A DNA stretch of 64,000 bases from an uncultured Verrucomicrobiae bacterium (lineage in GTDB: Bacteria > Chlamydiota > Chlamydiia > Chlamydiales > Rhabdochlamydiaceae). Under the pieces are notes generated by a model that ran no database searches, was not told where the DNA came from, and saw nothing but the letters and a program-made list of their open reading frames with translations. The DNA lies in NCBI GenBank assembly GCA_963718565.1, contig OY970364.1, positions 352,001 through 416,000 of the forward strand, given 5' to 3'. This document shows positions 1-11,389 of this stretch, piece after piece. Within the stretch, counting starts at the first letter, position 1. Each line of letters starts with the position of its first letter. The position numbers and the translations under genes were made by a program.

Positions 1-181
1 GAAGCCCTTGAGCGATTTTCCAGGATGCCAAAAACAGCAAAAGATACAATCTACGAAAAGCTCTACGAGATTTGCAAACCTTTCGCTAATCCTTGTCAAG
101 GATGCGCAAAAGATGCTTTTTATGACCAAAAAGGACAAAGTTCTACACCTGCGCAAAAAGCTCAAGCAATTCGGGATTATT
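1..181 (+). pseudogene. 3' end of an effector-like gene (helical C-terminal domain), cut by the window edge and interrupted by IS3 at 182
   Basis: Frame open from base 1: EALERFSRMPKTAKDTIYEKLYEI...AF...STPAQKAQAIRDYL, then runs into the IS3 left inverted repeat. Confidence 0.55.
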
Positions 182-648
182 TGCGCTGCCCCCCAAAAAC
201 TGGACACTGGAATAAGAAATTAAATCGAGTGTAAAGTTTTTCTCTAAAAAAACAAAAAGGAGAAAAACATTATGGCTAAACGAATCTCGCACCAAGCCAG
301 TTTTAAAGGCAGGGTAGCGCTTGAGGCATTAAAGGAAGACAAGACACTATCAGACTTGGCCCAACAATTCAAAATACATCCAGCACAAATCACCAAATGG
401 AAAAGTCAAGCAGTTCAAGGCATCTCGCGGCTGTTTGAAGATAGGCGTAAAAAAAAATCGGCCCCAGATATAGACATTGAGGCGCTTTATGCCCAAATAG
501 GCAGGCTTCAGTCTCAGCTCGAATTTTTGAAAAAAAAACCGGGGTTGACAACTCTTGAGAAACGCAGGTTGATTGAACCTGAACATCCCATGTTGTCTGT
601 CGAGGCTCAATGTGAAGCGTTGGGCCTCCCTCGATCTAGTTATTACTA
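182..648 (+). mobile_element. IS3-family element, truncated copy 1 (IRL, orfA and start of orfB)
   Basis: IRL TGCGCTGCCCCCCAAAAACTGGACA; near-identical to 11300-11767; cut at a TA by IS630. Confidence 0.92.
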
Positions 649-1767
649 TACTCTAGAAAATTGAAGTCTGGAGAGGATTGAGTTCAATTGTTTGGAAATT
701 GTCGTTAATTCGCTTTTTCAGCATGTCTTTTAAATTAATAACGCCAGTGTTGAAAAAATCTCTAATTTTTTCAGTAAATTCATTGAATTTTGAATACAGT
801 GTATTATAAGTAACACACTCTCTCATAACTTTCCATAAACGCTCAATAGCATTCAAATTTGGGGAATACGGAGGTAAGTAGTGTATTTGAATTTTGGTTT
901 GGCTATCCAAATATTTTTGCACTTCCTTATTCTTGTTTGATCTGCCGTTGTCTAAGATTAAGTGGATTTTTTTTGCATCTGTATTAGCCGCTAACGTTTG
1001 GAGAAAATCGACCGCACTTGCAGCATCCACAGTGCTATATTCCTTCGTCACGACTTGCATTGCAGTCAATTCAATGGCACCAATAAAATGCAATCGCTCT
1101 TGCTTAGCGGTTGTTCCTAATGTCTTTATTTCGTTTTTTAGGATCCACCCAGCCACAGACTGGCTCTGATACTCAGGGTGTACAGCATCTCCAAAGAAAA
1201 TTTTCTCGCCTTCTTGGAGACCGGCTTTCAATTCATTGTATTTTTTAAGGAACGCAGCTTGTTTTTCGGGATCGAGCTTTCCTGGTACTTTGATTGGATG
1301 TTTATAAACAAATCCATGCCTCTTCAACCAATTTGTCATACCAGCCACAGTGTATTTCACTTGATATGCGTCTAGAACGTAGAGACAAATTTTGCTCATT
1401 TTGAGATACGTTATTTGACTCAAATGTCTCCTCAGCGCATCTTCTTGGTCTAGGGTTAACTTGGAGGCCTTTCCCAAATGTGGATCATTGATAGTTTTTT
1501 GCTTGGCATCGTATTCTCTTTGATAATCATAAACGGACGACTCGCTAATTCTTAAAATCGCCGCTATTTCCCCTGGACTGTGGCAATCATCCCTACCTAA
1601 AATGACGCATACACGGTTCCGTTCGTTGACATCTCTTGTTTTTTTACAAGCTGTTCTAAATATAAACGCTGCTCATTGGACAACTTTTGCATAGAAGCAT
1701 TATCCACTATCGCTGAAATATTTTTTAGGGAAATTTAAAATTTTACAGAATCCAATCATGAATAGTA
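649..1767 (-). mobile_element. IS630-family element
   Basis: TA-flanked ends TACTCTAGAAAATTG / TACTATTCATGATTG (imperfect IR); DDE transposase inside. Confidence 0.85.
653..1692 (-). CDS. IS630-family transposase, split by a -1 shift at an A7 run (about 1639-1645)
   Basis: Motifs FFGDAVHP, LILDNG, YLPPYSPNLNAIERLW; ATG at 1692 joins ORF 653-1477 only via a -1 shift. Confidence 0.85.
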
Positions 1768-1769
1768 TA

Positions 1770-1939
1770 TACGGCGCGCGGTTAGGTTTGGTGAATTTTG
1801 ACAGGCTGCGACTTTGCCAAATCGATCCTTCTCGCTCGCCTTGCTATTCAGCAATGGTCTCGCTCGTTCGGCCGCTTCGCTTCGATTTTGCTTCGTCTCG
1901 CAGAGTCAAAATTCGCCAAACCTAACCGCGCGCCGTCTA
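1770..1939. repeat. MITE-like palindromic element, family A (about 170 bp)
   Basis: Terminal IRs TACGGCGCGCGGTTAGGTTTGGTGAATTTTGAC / GTCAAAATTCGCCAAACCTAACCGCGCGCCGT, TA-flanked; arm also at 38106-38158. Confidence 0.85.
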
Positions 1940-2494
1940 CCATAATTTCCTGGAAAGCATGAGCGCTGTACAAAGAATGCCATCGATAGGAGATCCTGAG
2001 GCAATTTCATTCATGAGCTCTTGCTCTGTCTTAAGTTCGGTGTGGATCAGTTCAAAGGCTTCCAATGCTGGAGATTGCAAAAACTCGGCGTTTTCGACAT
2101 ACACGTAATGAATCACTTGCTCAGTGATCGCGGGCAAAGGATAGGCGCTGCCGGCAAGGATGAATTTTCCACCCCCGTATCCGGTTTCTTCTAAAAGCTC
2201 GCGCTTTGCTGCCTCCAATGGGGATTCTCCGGAATCGATGCGCCCGCCGGGACAGCTCAGTAGCCATTTTCCTGGAGGATGCCGGTATTCTTTATTGATC
2301 ACAAATTTGCCCTCTTTGGTTCTTGCCAAAACAACGGCAGCGTGGACGCCAATTTCGAGAACGGAATAAGAGAGGTTAGGACCGTGCGGTAATTGGAGGA
2401 GGTCGACGCGCACATTGAAATAACCTTTGTGAACAATTTCACTGGTTTTAACTTCAGGAATGAGGATGCGGCGAGGTAACTGTTCTTCAGTCAT
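1937..2494 (-). CDS. NUDIX hydrolase (ADP-ribose pyrophosphatase-like)
   Basis: Nudix box GRIDSGESPLEAAKRELLEETGY; ATG at 2494 overlaps the kinase stop (ATGA). Confidence 0.9.
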   Translation of the reverse strand: MTEEQLPRRILIPEVKTSEIVHKGYFNVRVDLLQLPHGPNLSYSVLEIGVHAAVVLARTKEGKFVINKEYRHPPGKWLLSCPGGRIDSGESPLEAAKRELLEETGYGGGKFILAGSAYPLPAITEQVIHYVYVENAEFLQSPALEAFELIHTELKTEQELMNEIASGSPIDGILCTALMLSRKLW

Positions 2495-5256
2495 GAGGTT
2501 TTTAATTTTTTTAGTTCTTTTTTTAAACGTTCGGCAGATTCTTTTTCTTTCTTGGGCGATTTTGCACAATGGTAATACAGAGCAAGTTGTCGGAATAGGG
2601 CGATTTTTTCCCAAGGAAAGGCTTGGAGGATCCACCCCTTTTTATCTCCGATTTTTCCGCGCAGATAATAACTGAGCAACATCGTTGTCGGAGGATGTGG
2701 CAAGTCGATCGAACCGCTAAAATGAGAGCGGGCAATCTTTTCCCCTTCTTCGTGAAGCAAATAACATCCCATCGGGATGAACAGGGGAGAATATTCATCG
2801 CTTAAAATTTCTGGAGAATAAGTTTCGAGGAGATGCTGAGCTTCTTTCCTCTTATTTTGCATCAAGCAGGTTTCAATATGCAATGCATCCAGAAATGGCG
2901 TAGGAGGGAAGAGCGCAAAAAAAGGAAGTGATTCTATGCTCTTATCATCGAGAAGAGCCCGATCAAACAGAAAATAAGCACACCGCATTTGAGCATTTGT
3001 AGGTGCTCCTGCAAGTTGGTGGGATAGGGCGGTTAAAGCTTCATGGACGCCCTTTTGATAGTAAAGAAGGGCAATGCGGATAAGCGTTGCAGCTTGCTCA
3101 GCTTCTAAAAAATGCAGGTTTTCTTCAACCCATTCTTTTTTGCCAATGAGGAGCAGAGCAAACATCGCATTAGCAATCACTTCAGAAGATGGGGAGGTTT
3201 CAATGATCTCGACAAGCGTGATCGGCTTTTGCAACCAAAAAGCAAGCTGACAAATGAGATATTCCTGTTCCGATTCATGCAATAAAAAAATGGGAAGCTT
3301 TTCTACATGCCTTTTTAAACTCGATATCAGCTGTGTATGATCTTGAGCATGGAAAACTTTGGGGAGATAACGCATGGCCAGCAGCGCGAAATGATAAGCA
3401 GGAATTCTTTCGCGAGATGAGGTTTCATGAAGCCGGAAAAGGATATGTTCGCGAATAAGGCGCAGCAAAGGGTGTTTTGGATATTTCCGCATGCACAGCT
3501 CTAAACATTTGATCTCTTCCTCGATTTCTTTGGAGGCTTTATAAACAAGAGACTTTCCGAGATATTCCAAAGGCGCCCCAGGAGTAAAACGCAGCTTGCT
3601 GAACTCATCGAGGGCTAGCAGGTAAAGGCGTTCTTTTTCCTTTTTTTTCTTGAGGATCGAAGTTTCTTCGATCAGCGTGATTCCTGCCCTAAAAAGGGCT
3701 TCCCTCCCTTCCGCACGACCAAGAAATGAGCTCGCAATTCGACGGTATTCAAGAAGTGCTTTATTGTAATTTTTATTCGCTAAAAAAGCATCGGGGATGG
3801 CCAGACAGTTGACCATGACATTTTGACTGCCGACACTGACTTTCAAAGGACGGATTTCAAAGTCCGCATCACGTGAGACAAGGCCGATATGGGTTCCTGC
3901 CAGAGGAGTATGGCTGAGGTAATGACAGACTTTGTTGTGGTCAATTGATAAAAAAAGATGGTGATCGATCTTCTCCAGGCAAATCTCATGCCATGTTTGA
4001 TCATCGATGCGCGCTTCGGGAACGGTCATTACCTCAACATCGCTATGGAAGAGGCGGCAGTCTGTGCCGATCCAGACGCAATATCCATCACTGAGACCCT
4101 TTCTTTCCGGAGCTTCTGGGATTCCTATGAGCAGGCCAACACCTTGAGACTCTCTTCCTAGCTTGACCTGTGCTTCTACTTTGGTATTTCCCGAGAAGGA
4201 TGCTTTTGAAATCATGAGATTAACCCATTCCATGATCTCAGGAGAGCGTGTGATTGCAGTGTGGCGAGCAAAAAGGACATTCTCTTGAAATTCCCAATCC
4301 TGCGGTTCATCGGTTTTAATCTCTGCGACGGGAATCCATTCAGGTTTTCCTTCGAGAAAACTTTTAAGCTCAGCGATGATCTCGTCGACACTTTGAAAAC
4401 GCTCACTAGGAGCATAATGAAGACAGCGTTTTGCAATATCAGCAAGATGTTGGGGAATATCGCGATAAGGGGCCACCTCTAAAGGGTTGACCAGCTTTTC
4501 TAAATGCATCGTCTTCTGGTAATTTTTAACGGAAATGCGCTGAAAAGGAACGCGCAAAGTCAATAGCTGATATAAGATAACTCCTAAAGAATAAATATCC
4601 GTGACTGCTTGCGAGGGTTCACCGCGTACGCGCTCGGGTGCAATGTAATTCAAAGTTCCAGGAACTTTTCCCGGCCGCGTTAAGTCTTTGTAATGGGCGT
4701 GTTCTGCGCTTTCTTTCTCGTCAAATGTTTCTGGTTTTCCAATAAAGTCAGCCAGTCCCCAATCGAGGAGAAGCACTTCGCCATATTTTCCCACGATGAT
4801 GTTGTCAGGTTTAAGATCTCGATGGACAATTCCTTTGGAATGCGTATAGGCAATCGCTTCGCAGACAGCCAAAAAGATGCGTGTCAATGCGAGGATAGAG
4901 GATCCAATGGGATGCTGAATCTCTCCTTCCCTTTCTTCTTCAAAACTTTGTCTTAAAATTTGTTTAAGTGTTTCTCCTTCGACATAGGGCATCGTATAAT
5001 AAGTGTGTTTCAAGCTTGGATCGATAGAAAAAATCGAAATAATGGACGGATGGGTGAGTTGAGCAGCGACGCGCGCCTCTCTTAAGAACCTCTCTTCCAC
5101 AATGGGATGATCTTTAAGCTCAGGACGAATTTGTTTGAGCGCCACTTGCCGTTTGCATACGGGATCGAAGGCGAGAAACACTTCTCCCATGCCTCCGCGG
5201 CCAAGACTTTTAAGAATCTGATAATGTCCGATTTTTTCAGGAAGAATGGTGTTCAT
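2491..5256 (-). CDS. pknD: Ser/Thr protein kinase, chlamydial PknD type
   Basis: LGRGGMGEV, VALK, HRDLKPDN, DWG, GTLNYIAPE motifs; 921 aa with helical C-terminus. Confidence 0.85.
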   Translation of the reverse strand: MNTILPEKIGHYQILKSLGRGGMGEVFLAFDPVCKRQVALKQIRPELKDHPIVEERFLREARVAAQLTHPSIISIFSIDPSLKHTYYTMPYVEGETLKQILRQSFEEEREGEIQHPIGSSILALTRIFLAVCEAIAYTHSKGIVHRDLKPDNIIVGKYGEVLLLDWGLADFIGKPETFDEKESAEHAHYKDLTRPGKVPGTLNYIAPERVRGEPSQAVTDIYSLGVILYQLLTLRVPFQRISVKNYQKTMHLEKLVNPLEVAPYRDIPQHLADIAKRCLHYAPSERFQSVDEIIAELKSFLEGKPEWIPVAEIKTDEPQDWEFQENVLFARHTAITRSPEIMEWVNLMISKASFSGNTKVEAQVKLGRESQGVGLLIGIPEAPERKGLSDGYCVWIGTDCRLFHSDVEVMTVPEARIDDQTWHEICLEKIDHHLFLSIDHNKVCHYLSHTPLAGTHIGLVSRDADFEIRPLKVSVGSQNVMVNCLAIPDAFLANKNYNKALLEYRRIASSFLGRAEGREALFRAGITLIEETSILKKKKEKERLYLLALDEFSKLRFTPGAPLEYLGKSLVYKASKEIEEEIKCLELCMRKYPKHPLLRLIREHILFRLHETSSRERIPAYHFALLAMRYLPKVFHAQDHTQLISSLKRHVEKLPIFLLHESEQEYLICQLAFWLQKPITLVEIIETSPSSEVIANAMFALLLIGKKEWVEENLHFLEAEQAATLIRIALLYYQKGVHEALTALSHQLAGAPTNAQMRCAYFLFDRALLDDKSIESLPFFALFPPTPFLDALHIETCLMQNKRKEAQHLLETYSPEILSDEYSPLFIPMGCYLLHEEGEKIARSHFSGSIDLPHPPTTMLLSYYLRGKIGDKKGWILQAFPWEKIALFRQLALYYHCAKSPKKEKESAERLKKELKKLKTS

Positions 5257-5425
5257 TCAAAAGAGGATATCAGCTATTTGACAATTAGATGTACATCTTT
5301 CCACGCTTTTTAGCACGAACATTCATCGGTTTATTTAAATTTTTAACTTTTTTTGTTTTCTTTAAATAGTTTTAACTTGGTATACCTTCTTTCAGTTTTT
5401 TTTCTGATTAAATCACGAGGTTTCT

Positions 5426-6589
5426 ATGAGTCGCATCTCTGTCTTAGACCACACAGTACGAATGAACAATATCCAGCTCCAATCGAGCAACCATGTCCCC
5501 TCGCAAGGTACAGTGTCTTCTTTAAACGGTCGTTTAGTCGTCAATGCGGGAAACCGTTGTTTGGACGGTTGTTTGGATTGTGTGACTTCCATTCCAAAAA
5601 TGATCGGAAGATTCCTTAGGCACCGTTATGCGGATTTCCGGATGTTTTTCCGCTCCTCTATTTCCATGGTGGGAGGAACAACTCGAGAAGATATCCATCG
5701 CCGCATTGGCGAGATCCAGGAATTCATCGCCGTGATCGAAACTAGTAGGGATAGAAACGTTGTCAGAGAAGGATTTCGACGTCTTTCTCCTGGAGTCCGC
5801 GATCTCTTCTTTTATGTGGATCAAAATTATGTGGATGAATTTGTCCACAATCTTTCTCAAGCTCCAGAAATTGCGATAGAAATGATTCGCGAATGCGAAC
5901 AAGTCATCAGTTTTCAGCGTCAGCTCACCGCGGTCAATGCTTTCTATCGCATGTTTTTTGGTGGAACGAATGGACGTGCCACGAGAGTCCAACATCCTGA
6001 CATGACAACCCATCCTCGTCCATTTACACTGGTCACTGAAGATTTATTTTCTACGGTGTTCCCCCCTGGGCTAGTAAGAGTTGGAGGCAGTATCACAAGT
6101 GATGGTCAAGGGTCTGTAACGGTTCATGGATTTAACTTGGAGGTTCCTGGGACCGTTCCCTATGTTCAGAATGCAATTCCAGCTGACATCCAACAAAAGG
6201 CTATTGAAATTAACCGTCTGAAAACACAATTTGCCGCTTTAACTAATCCGCCGGCTGTTCCTGGAATTTTTAACGACATTATTATGGCAGATGATTTCAT
6301 GGAGATTCCTGTCTTCGATGCTTCACACCCAGGAGTTCAGAGTGCTCTTTTACCGGGCGCAACAACTACTGCAATAAATAACCGCGATGTCCGCCATCTT
6401 TTCGATAAAGATGCGCTTGAGAATCACTTTCAAGCTCATGGGAGTTCTTGGGCTCCAGCAAAATGTCCGACATGTCGCCATCCTGAGCATGGGGGGATTC
6501 GCCGTGAGTACTTGAGAGTTGACATAGATCTTCAAAATCAGATTCTGCAATTCTTAAGAAATGCTACGGGTAGTTCTTTAACTCGTTAA
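5426..6589 (+). CDS. Hypothetical effector with C-terminal U-box/RING-like domain
   Basis: DIIMADDFMEIPV...HLFDKDALENH...KCPTCRHP pattern; Ser/Asn/Gln-rich N-terminus. Confidence 0.6.
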   Translation: MSRISVLDHTVRMNNIQLQSSNHVPSQGTVSSLNGRLVVNAGNRCLDGCLDCVTSIPKMIGRFLRHRYADFRMFFRSSISMVGGTTREDIHRRIGEIQEFIAVIETSRDRNVVREGFRRLSPGVRDLFFYVDQNYVDEFVHNLSQAPEIAIEMIRECEQVISFQRQLTAVNAFYRMFFGGTNGRATRVQHPDMTTHPRPFTLVTEDLFSTVFPPGLVRVGGSITSDGQGSVTVHGFNLEVPGTVPYVQNAIPADIQQKAIEINRLKTQFAALTNPPAVPGIFNDIIMADDFMEIPVFDASHPGVQSALLPGATTTAINNRDVRHLFDKDALENHFQAHGSSWAPAKCPTCRHPEHGGIRREYLRVDIDLQNQILQFLRNATGSSLTR

Positions 6590-6602
6590 GTGATTCAAAT
6601 GG

Positions 6603-6633
6603 GGCAATTTTTGCAAAATTTGCAAAAATTGCC
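6603..6633. terminator. Perfect inverted repeat after the U-box-like gene
   Basis: GGCAATTTTTGCAAA-A-TTTGCAAAAATTGCC. Confidence 0.45.
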
Positions 6634-6698
6634 TCGAAATCTACGGCAATCTACTATAAAATCAACCTAGTAGAGGGAATTGCAAAACTCAGGTCTAG

Positions 6699-7706
<1,008 letters not shown>

Positions 7707-7725
7707 TTTCAACATGTAGGAGAAT

Positions 7726-8718
7726 ATGAAATTTCTGCCTCTTGCCATCACTGTTTTGATTTTTCACTGCCACCCGTCCCTAAACAGGCTTGAAGCAAAC
7801 ATTCCATCAGAATTTGTAATTAGTCATTCTATTCCTATTGGCCATTTTCCTGTTTCTATTGCCATCACAGAGGATGATGAGTGGGCTTATGTCGCCAATT
7901 TTGGAGGTAATGATGTGACACCGATTGATCTTACTCAGGGTGTTGCGCACAATCCGGTTTCCGTAGGAACGTGCCCTTGTTCTATCGCCATTTCATCTCT
8001 TGAGAAAACCGTGTATGTTGTGAATAGTCTGGATAGTACGATCACCACAATTTCTCTTGCTTCCGGTATTCCCGGTGCAACTTTTCCTCTAGGGTATGCT
8101 CCTAATTGCATTTCTATACTTTCCAAAGAGCCCATCGGCTATGTCCTCAATCAAGGAGAGAGCGATCCTCACAATCCTACCTATGGGTATCTCATTCCTT
8201 TGGATCTTTCCAATAATAGGAGTGGAAAAGCAATTTTTACAGGCAACAGTCCCACAACGATGGCGATAACCCCCGATGAGAGGTTTGCCTACGTCGTTAA
8301 TCTTGGCGATGCCACTGTAACGCCTATTGACTTAAAGGAAGGAGTTCCTCATCTCCCTCTTTCCGTGGGCAGTACGCCCGTGGCCATTGCAATGACGCCT
8401 GATGGAAACATGGCTTATGTGGCCGACCTCCAAGAGAATTGCGTTTTCCCAATTGACCTCTCCACGCGTTCCGTTCATTCTCCGATCGCAGTTGGAGTGT
8501 CTCCTCGAGCAATTGCCATCAGTTCCGATGGAAAAACCGCCTTTGTGGCCAATTCCGATGATAACACCCTCTCGTTGATTGATCTTGCGACATGTGTGCA
8601 AACCTCCATTGTTCCTGTGGGAAAAGGGCCTTCGTTCATTGCCATTTCTCATGATAACAATAGGATCTATGTCGTTAATAGAGGCAGCAATGATGTGACG
8701 GTACTCTCAAGAAAGTAG
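7726..8718 (+). CDS. Exported YVTN/YncE-type beta-propeller repeat protein
   Basis: Signal-like N-terminus; about 7 repeats of VGxxPxxIAITPDxxxAYVxN. Confidence 0.85.
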   Translation: MKFLPLAITVLIFHCHPSLNRLEANIPSEFVISHSIPIGHFPVSIAITEDDEWAYVANFGGNDVTPIDLTQGVAHNPVSVGTCPCSIAISSLEKTVYVVNSLDSTITTISLASGIPGATFPLGYAPNCISILSKEPIGYVLNQGESDPHNPTYGYLIPLDLSNNRSGKAIFTGNSPTTMAITPDERFAYVVNLGDATVTPIDLKEGVPHLPLSVGSTPVAIAMTPDGNMAYVADLQENCVFPIDLSTRSVHSPIAVGVSPRAIAISSDGKTAFVANSDDNTLSLIDLATCVQTSIVPVGKGPSFIAISHDNNRIYVVNRGSNDVTVLSRK

Positions 8719-8723
8719 ATGTA

Positions 8724-9089
8724 TTATTTGTGCTGGTCTTCTTCAATTTCCTGGTTGATATCTTCTTCCTCTTCTTCTAGAGGTTCCTCTTTGCTTTCTA
8801 AAAACTCGCGAAAGAGGATGTAGATGCCTCCGAGCGCGAAGAGCACAGGAAGAAGAATTTGCCAGGAGATACTGAACTGCACCGTCACAAACACCCCGAT
8901 GAAGACAAATAAAGTCACTCCCATATCATAATGGCGGCCTAAGAGATATTGTCTTAGGGCTAATGGAATCCCGACGGCAAGCATAATTCCTGGCCACCAG
9001 GCATTTAAATAAGCGACGATCGCAAGTCCGATAAGAAAGAGGGCAACCGACAAAGCTTTGGCTCGTCTTTTTGAGACCATTTGACTCAT
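8724..9089 (-). CDS. Small membrane protein (about 4 TM) with acidic tail
   Basis: Hydrophobic helices, WWPGIMLA motif, Glu-rich C-terminus; start taken at ATG 9089. Confidence 0.75.
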   Translation of the reverse strand: MSQMVSKRRAKALSVALFLIGLAIVAYLNAWWPGIMLAVGIPLALRQYLLGRHYDMGVTLFVFIGVFVTVQFSISWQILLPVLFALGGIYILFREFLESKEEPLEEEEEDINQEIEEDQHK

Positions 9090-9107
9090 AATGATTCCTT
9101 TTTGTTC

Positions 9108-9131
9108 AAGAGGGAATTGCAATTCCCTCTT
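9108..9131. repeat. Collapsed family B palindrome
   Basis: Perfect 24-bp palindrome AAGAGGGAATTGCAATTCCCTCTT; near copy at 49621-49642. Confidence 0.8.
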
Positions 9132-10339
9132 CAATAAATCAAAATACTTTGGTAGTTGAGGACTCCAAATGCCCAAATTCCAACCAGCATGTGGGAAACA
9201 GAAGGACCCACAATTGTTTGTTGGCGTTCGTAGATCAATCCCCAAATGACTCCTAAACCAAAAGCACAAAAAGCTAAACTGAACGATCTTAAACCATGAA
9301 AAAGCCCAAAGAGAAGATTCGAAGTGATTACTGCTAAGAACGCCCGATTAGGTGCTGTGAAGAAATTTCTCAAAGAACTTTGCAAACAGCCTCTAGCGAT
9401 GAATTCTTGGACGGGAACTAAAGCAGTGTAGAAGAACAGCAACAGACAAAAATTCACTTGTTTCTGCGGTTTGCCAAAAACATGATTAAAAGCTGTGTGC
9501 AAAAAGATGTGAGATTTATTCCCGAACTCAAACAGAGACAATTTGCTAAATTCGGGGACCGTTTTGATTAGGAACCATTTAAGTCCAACCATAAAAATCA
9601 AAATGGGAATCGTAAAAAGAACTGCTTCCAAGACATTTTTTTTCCATTGTTTGAGTGAAAGCCCATAAAATTCACGAGGAAAGTGGCTGCGTTTGACGAT
9701 AAGAACACAAGAAATTCCAAACAAGATGATGAAAGAAGAAACAAGCAACTGAGAAATCAGTGAATAGGATCCATACTCTTCAAAAAACTTCAAAGTATAC
9801 ACAAAAAAAGTCAGAAGAATAAAGAAGTGGATAATGAATCGACTCATCTGATCATGAGTTTTAGCGACACGGAGCTCTTCTTTAATGGAGCTGACAGCAG
9901 CTTCATTAGCTTTTTCAAGTCGTTGAGCCGCTTTTCTGGCGATATTTTTTAAAATTTTAGAAAAGGAAGGAGACTTCTCAATGAGAAGATCAAGGTCTTT
10001 TAAATTTAAAATCATCACTTCCGTATTTTCTAAAGCCTTTGCAGAAGTCATGCGAGTTTTCGTTCCTAAAACAGCCATTTCCCCAAACCATTCACCGGGG
10101 TGCAAAATTGCCAATCGATAGAGCGCTTCTGTTTCTTTGTCTTTTTTCAGGATCTCAACGCTGCCTTGATCGATCAGGAATAAATCGTCTCCTTTTTCCT
10201 CTTCTTTGACGATAAATGCATCTTTGTCGTAACTCGCGATTCTTATCAATGGAAGAAGTACGTGTAATTCTTCTTCAGAAAGGTTATGAAAAAGCTCGCA
10301 TTGCTTTAAATAGTCGATCAGTTCATTTTGCCTGACCAT
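9131..10339 (-). CDS. cNMP-binding domain fused to a CPBP (Abi/CAAX) intramembrane protease-like domain
   Basis: GDDLFLIDQGSVEI...GEWFGEMA...RMTSAKA; C-terminal QEFIARG, FGLFH, SH motifs in TM region. Confidence 0.85.
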   Translation of the reverse strand: MVRQNELIDYLKQCELFHNLSEEELHVLLPLIRIASYDKDAFIVKEEEKGDDLFLIDQGSVEILKKDKETEALYRLAILHPGEWFGEMAVLGTKTRMTSAKALENTEVMILNLKDLDLLIEKSPSFSKILKNIARKAAQRLEKANEAAVSSIKEELRVAKTHDQMSRFIIHFFILLTFFVYTLKFFEEYGSYSLISQLLVSSFIILFGISCVLIVKRSHFPREFYGLSLKQWKKNVLEAVLFTIPILIFMVGLKWFLIKTVPEFSKLSLFEFGNKSHIFLHTAFNHVFGKPQKQVNFCLLLFFYTALVPVQEFIARGCLQSSLRNFFTAPNRAFLAVITSNLLFGLFHGLRSFSLAFCAFGLGVIWGLIYERQQTIVGPSVSHMLVGIWAFGVLNYQSILIY

Positions 10340-10453
10340 TTTAGACTCTTAAATAGATAATTTCTGTTTTTATTTATAACCTTCTTCTAATTTAAAAATG
10401 AATATGTTTCAAGAATATATACCGAAATGAATTCAGGATTTGGACTTTAGAGA

Positions 10454-10582
10454 GTACGTCCTTAAAAACTCATGGCAAAAGTTGAAGACCATTTTGATCC
10501 ATGCCAAACTTACCACTTATCGATCTTGATTGGGCACGGATCGAAATGGTCTTCAACTTTTGCCAGAGTCTTCAAGGAAGTT
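10454..10582. repeat. Palindromic element, family F (copy 1)
   Basis: About 50-bp arms GTACGTCCTTAAAAACTCATGGCAAAAGTTGAAGACCATTTTGATCC; second copy at 13302-13396. Confidence 0.8.
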
Positions 10583-11389
10583 AATGTACGTGCTACCAGT
10601 TAAGGTGTGGCCGGAGAGGCTGTTTGATAACGCTCATGAACAAATTGTGCTAAATCGATCGGATCCCCTCGAAACCACCGACTCAAATACTCCCAAAAGC
10701 TCACGCCAAGTCTGGCGCATGTCTGCTTGAGCGTCAATAGGCCGTCTCGAAATTGTCTGCCCTCTACGCTTTTGGTAGTGCCAGAGATATTTCTTCGTTT
10801 AGCCACACCTCGGATATCTTGCTCATATTCAGCAGTTGGTTAAGCCCCTTCTTTTTTCGGTACTTTTTCCCCATATGTTCTTCAAGCCGGTTGAGCCAAT
10901 CATCCTTAACGCCACATTGGAAGAGATGCCATATGAATGCTTCATTGATCGCATAACCCTCTTTACCTTGGAGTAAAATTCTCAGGAAGTTTTTCCGTGA
11001 TTTGCTGGAGGCTGTTGTGTAATAAGCAAAATACTCACCTCCTATATGCGTGCAATATACATTTTTGTGTTGATGCACGCACTATACTACCATCGGGAGA
11101 TTGCCAGACCTCGAGCTTATAGGTTATGTCCTTAGGCACAGTCTCTAGTTCTTGAACGACATAGGTCTGGTAGCCCTTAAAGCGAGATCCTTTTGGGATT
11201 CCTGTGGCTACAATGCGCACTTCCTGTTGTACTTTCTGTGGAACCATTCCTCTTGCAGTAGTCGAGTTGATCCTACCAGTATTATTACCAGGAGCTCCGT
11301 GCGCTGCCCCCCAAAAACTGGACACTGGAATAAGAAATTAAATCGAGTGTAAAGTTTTTCTCTAAAAAAACAAAAAGGAGAAAAACATT

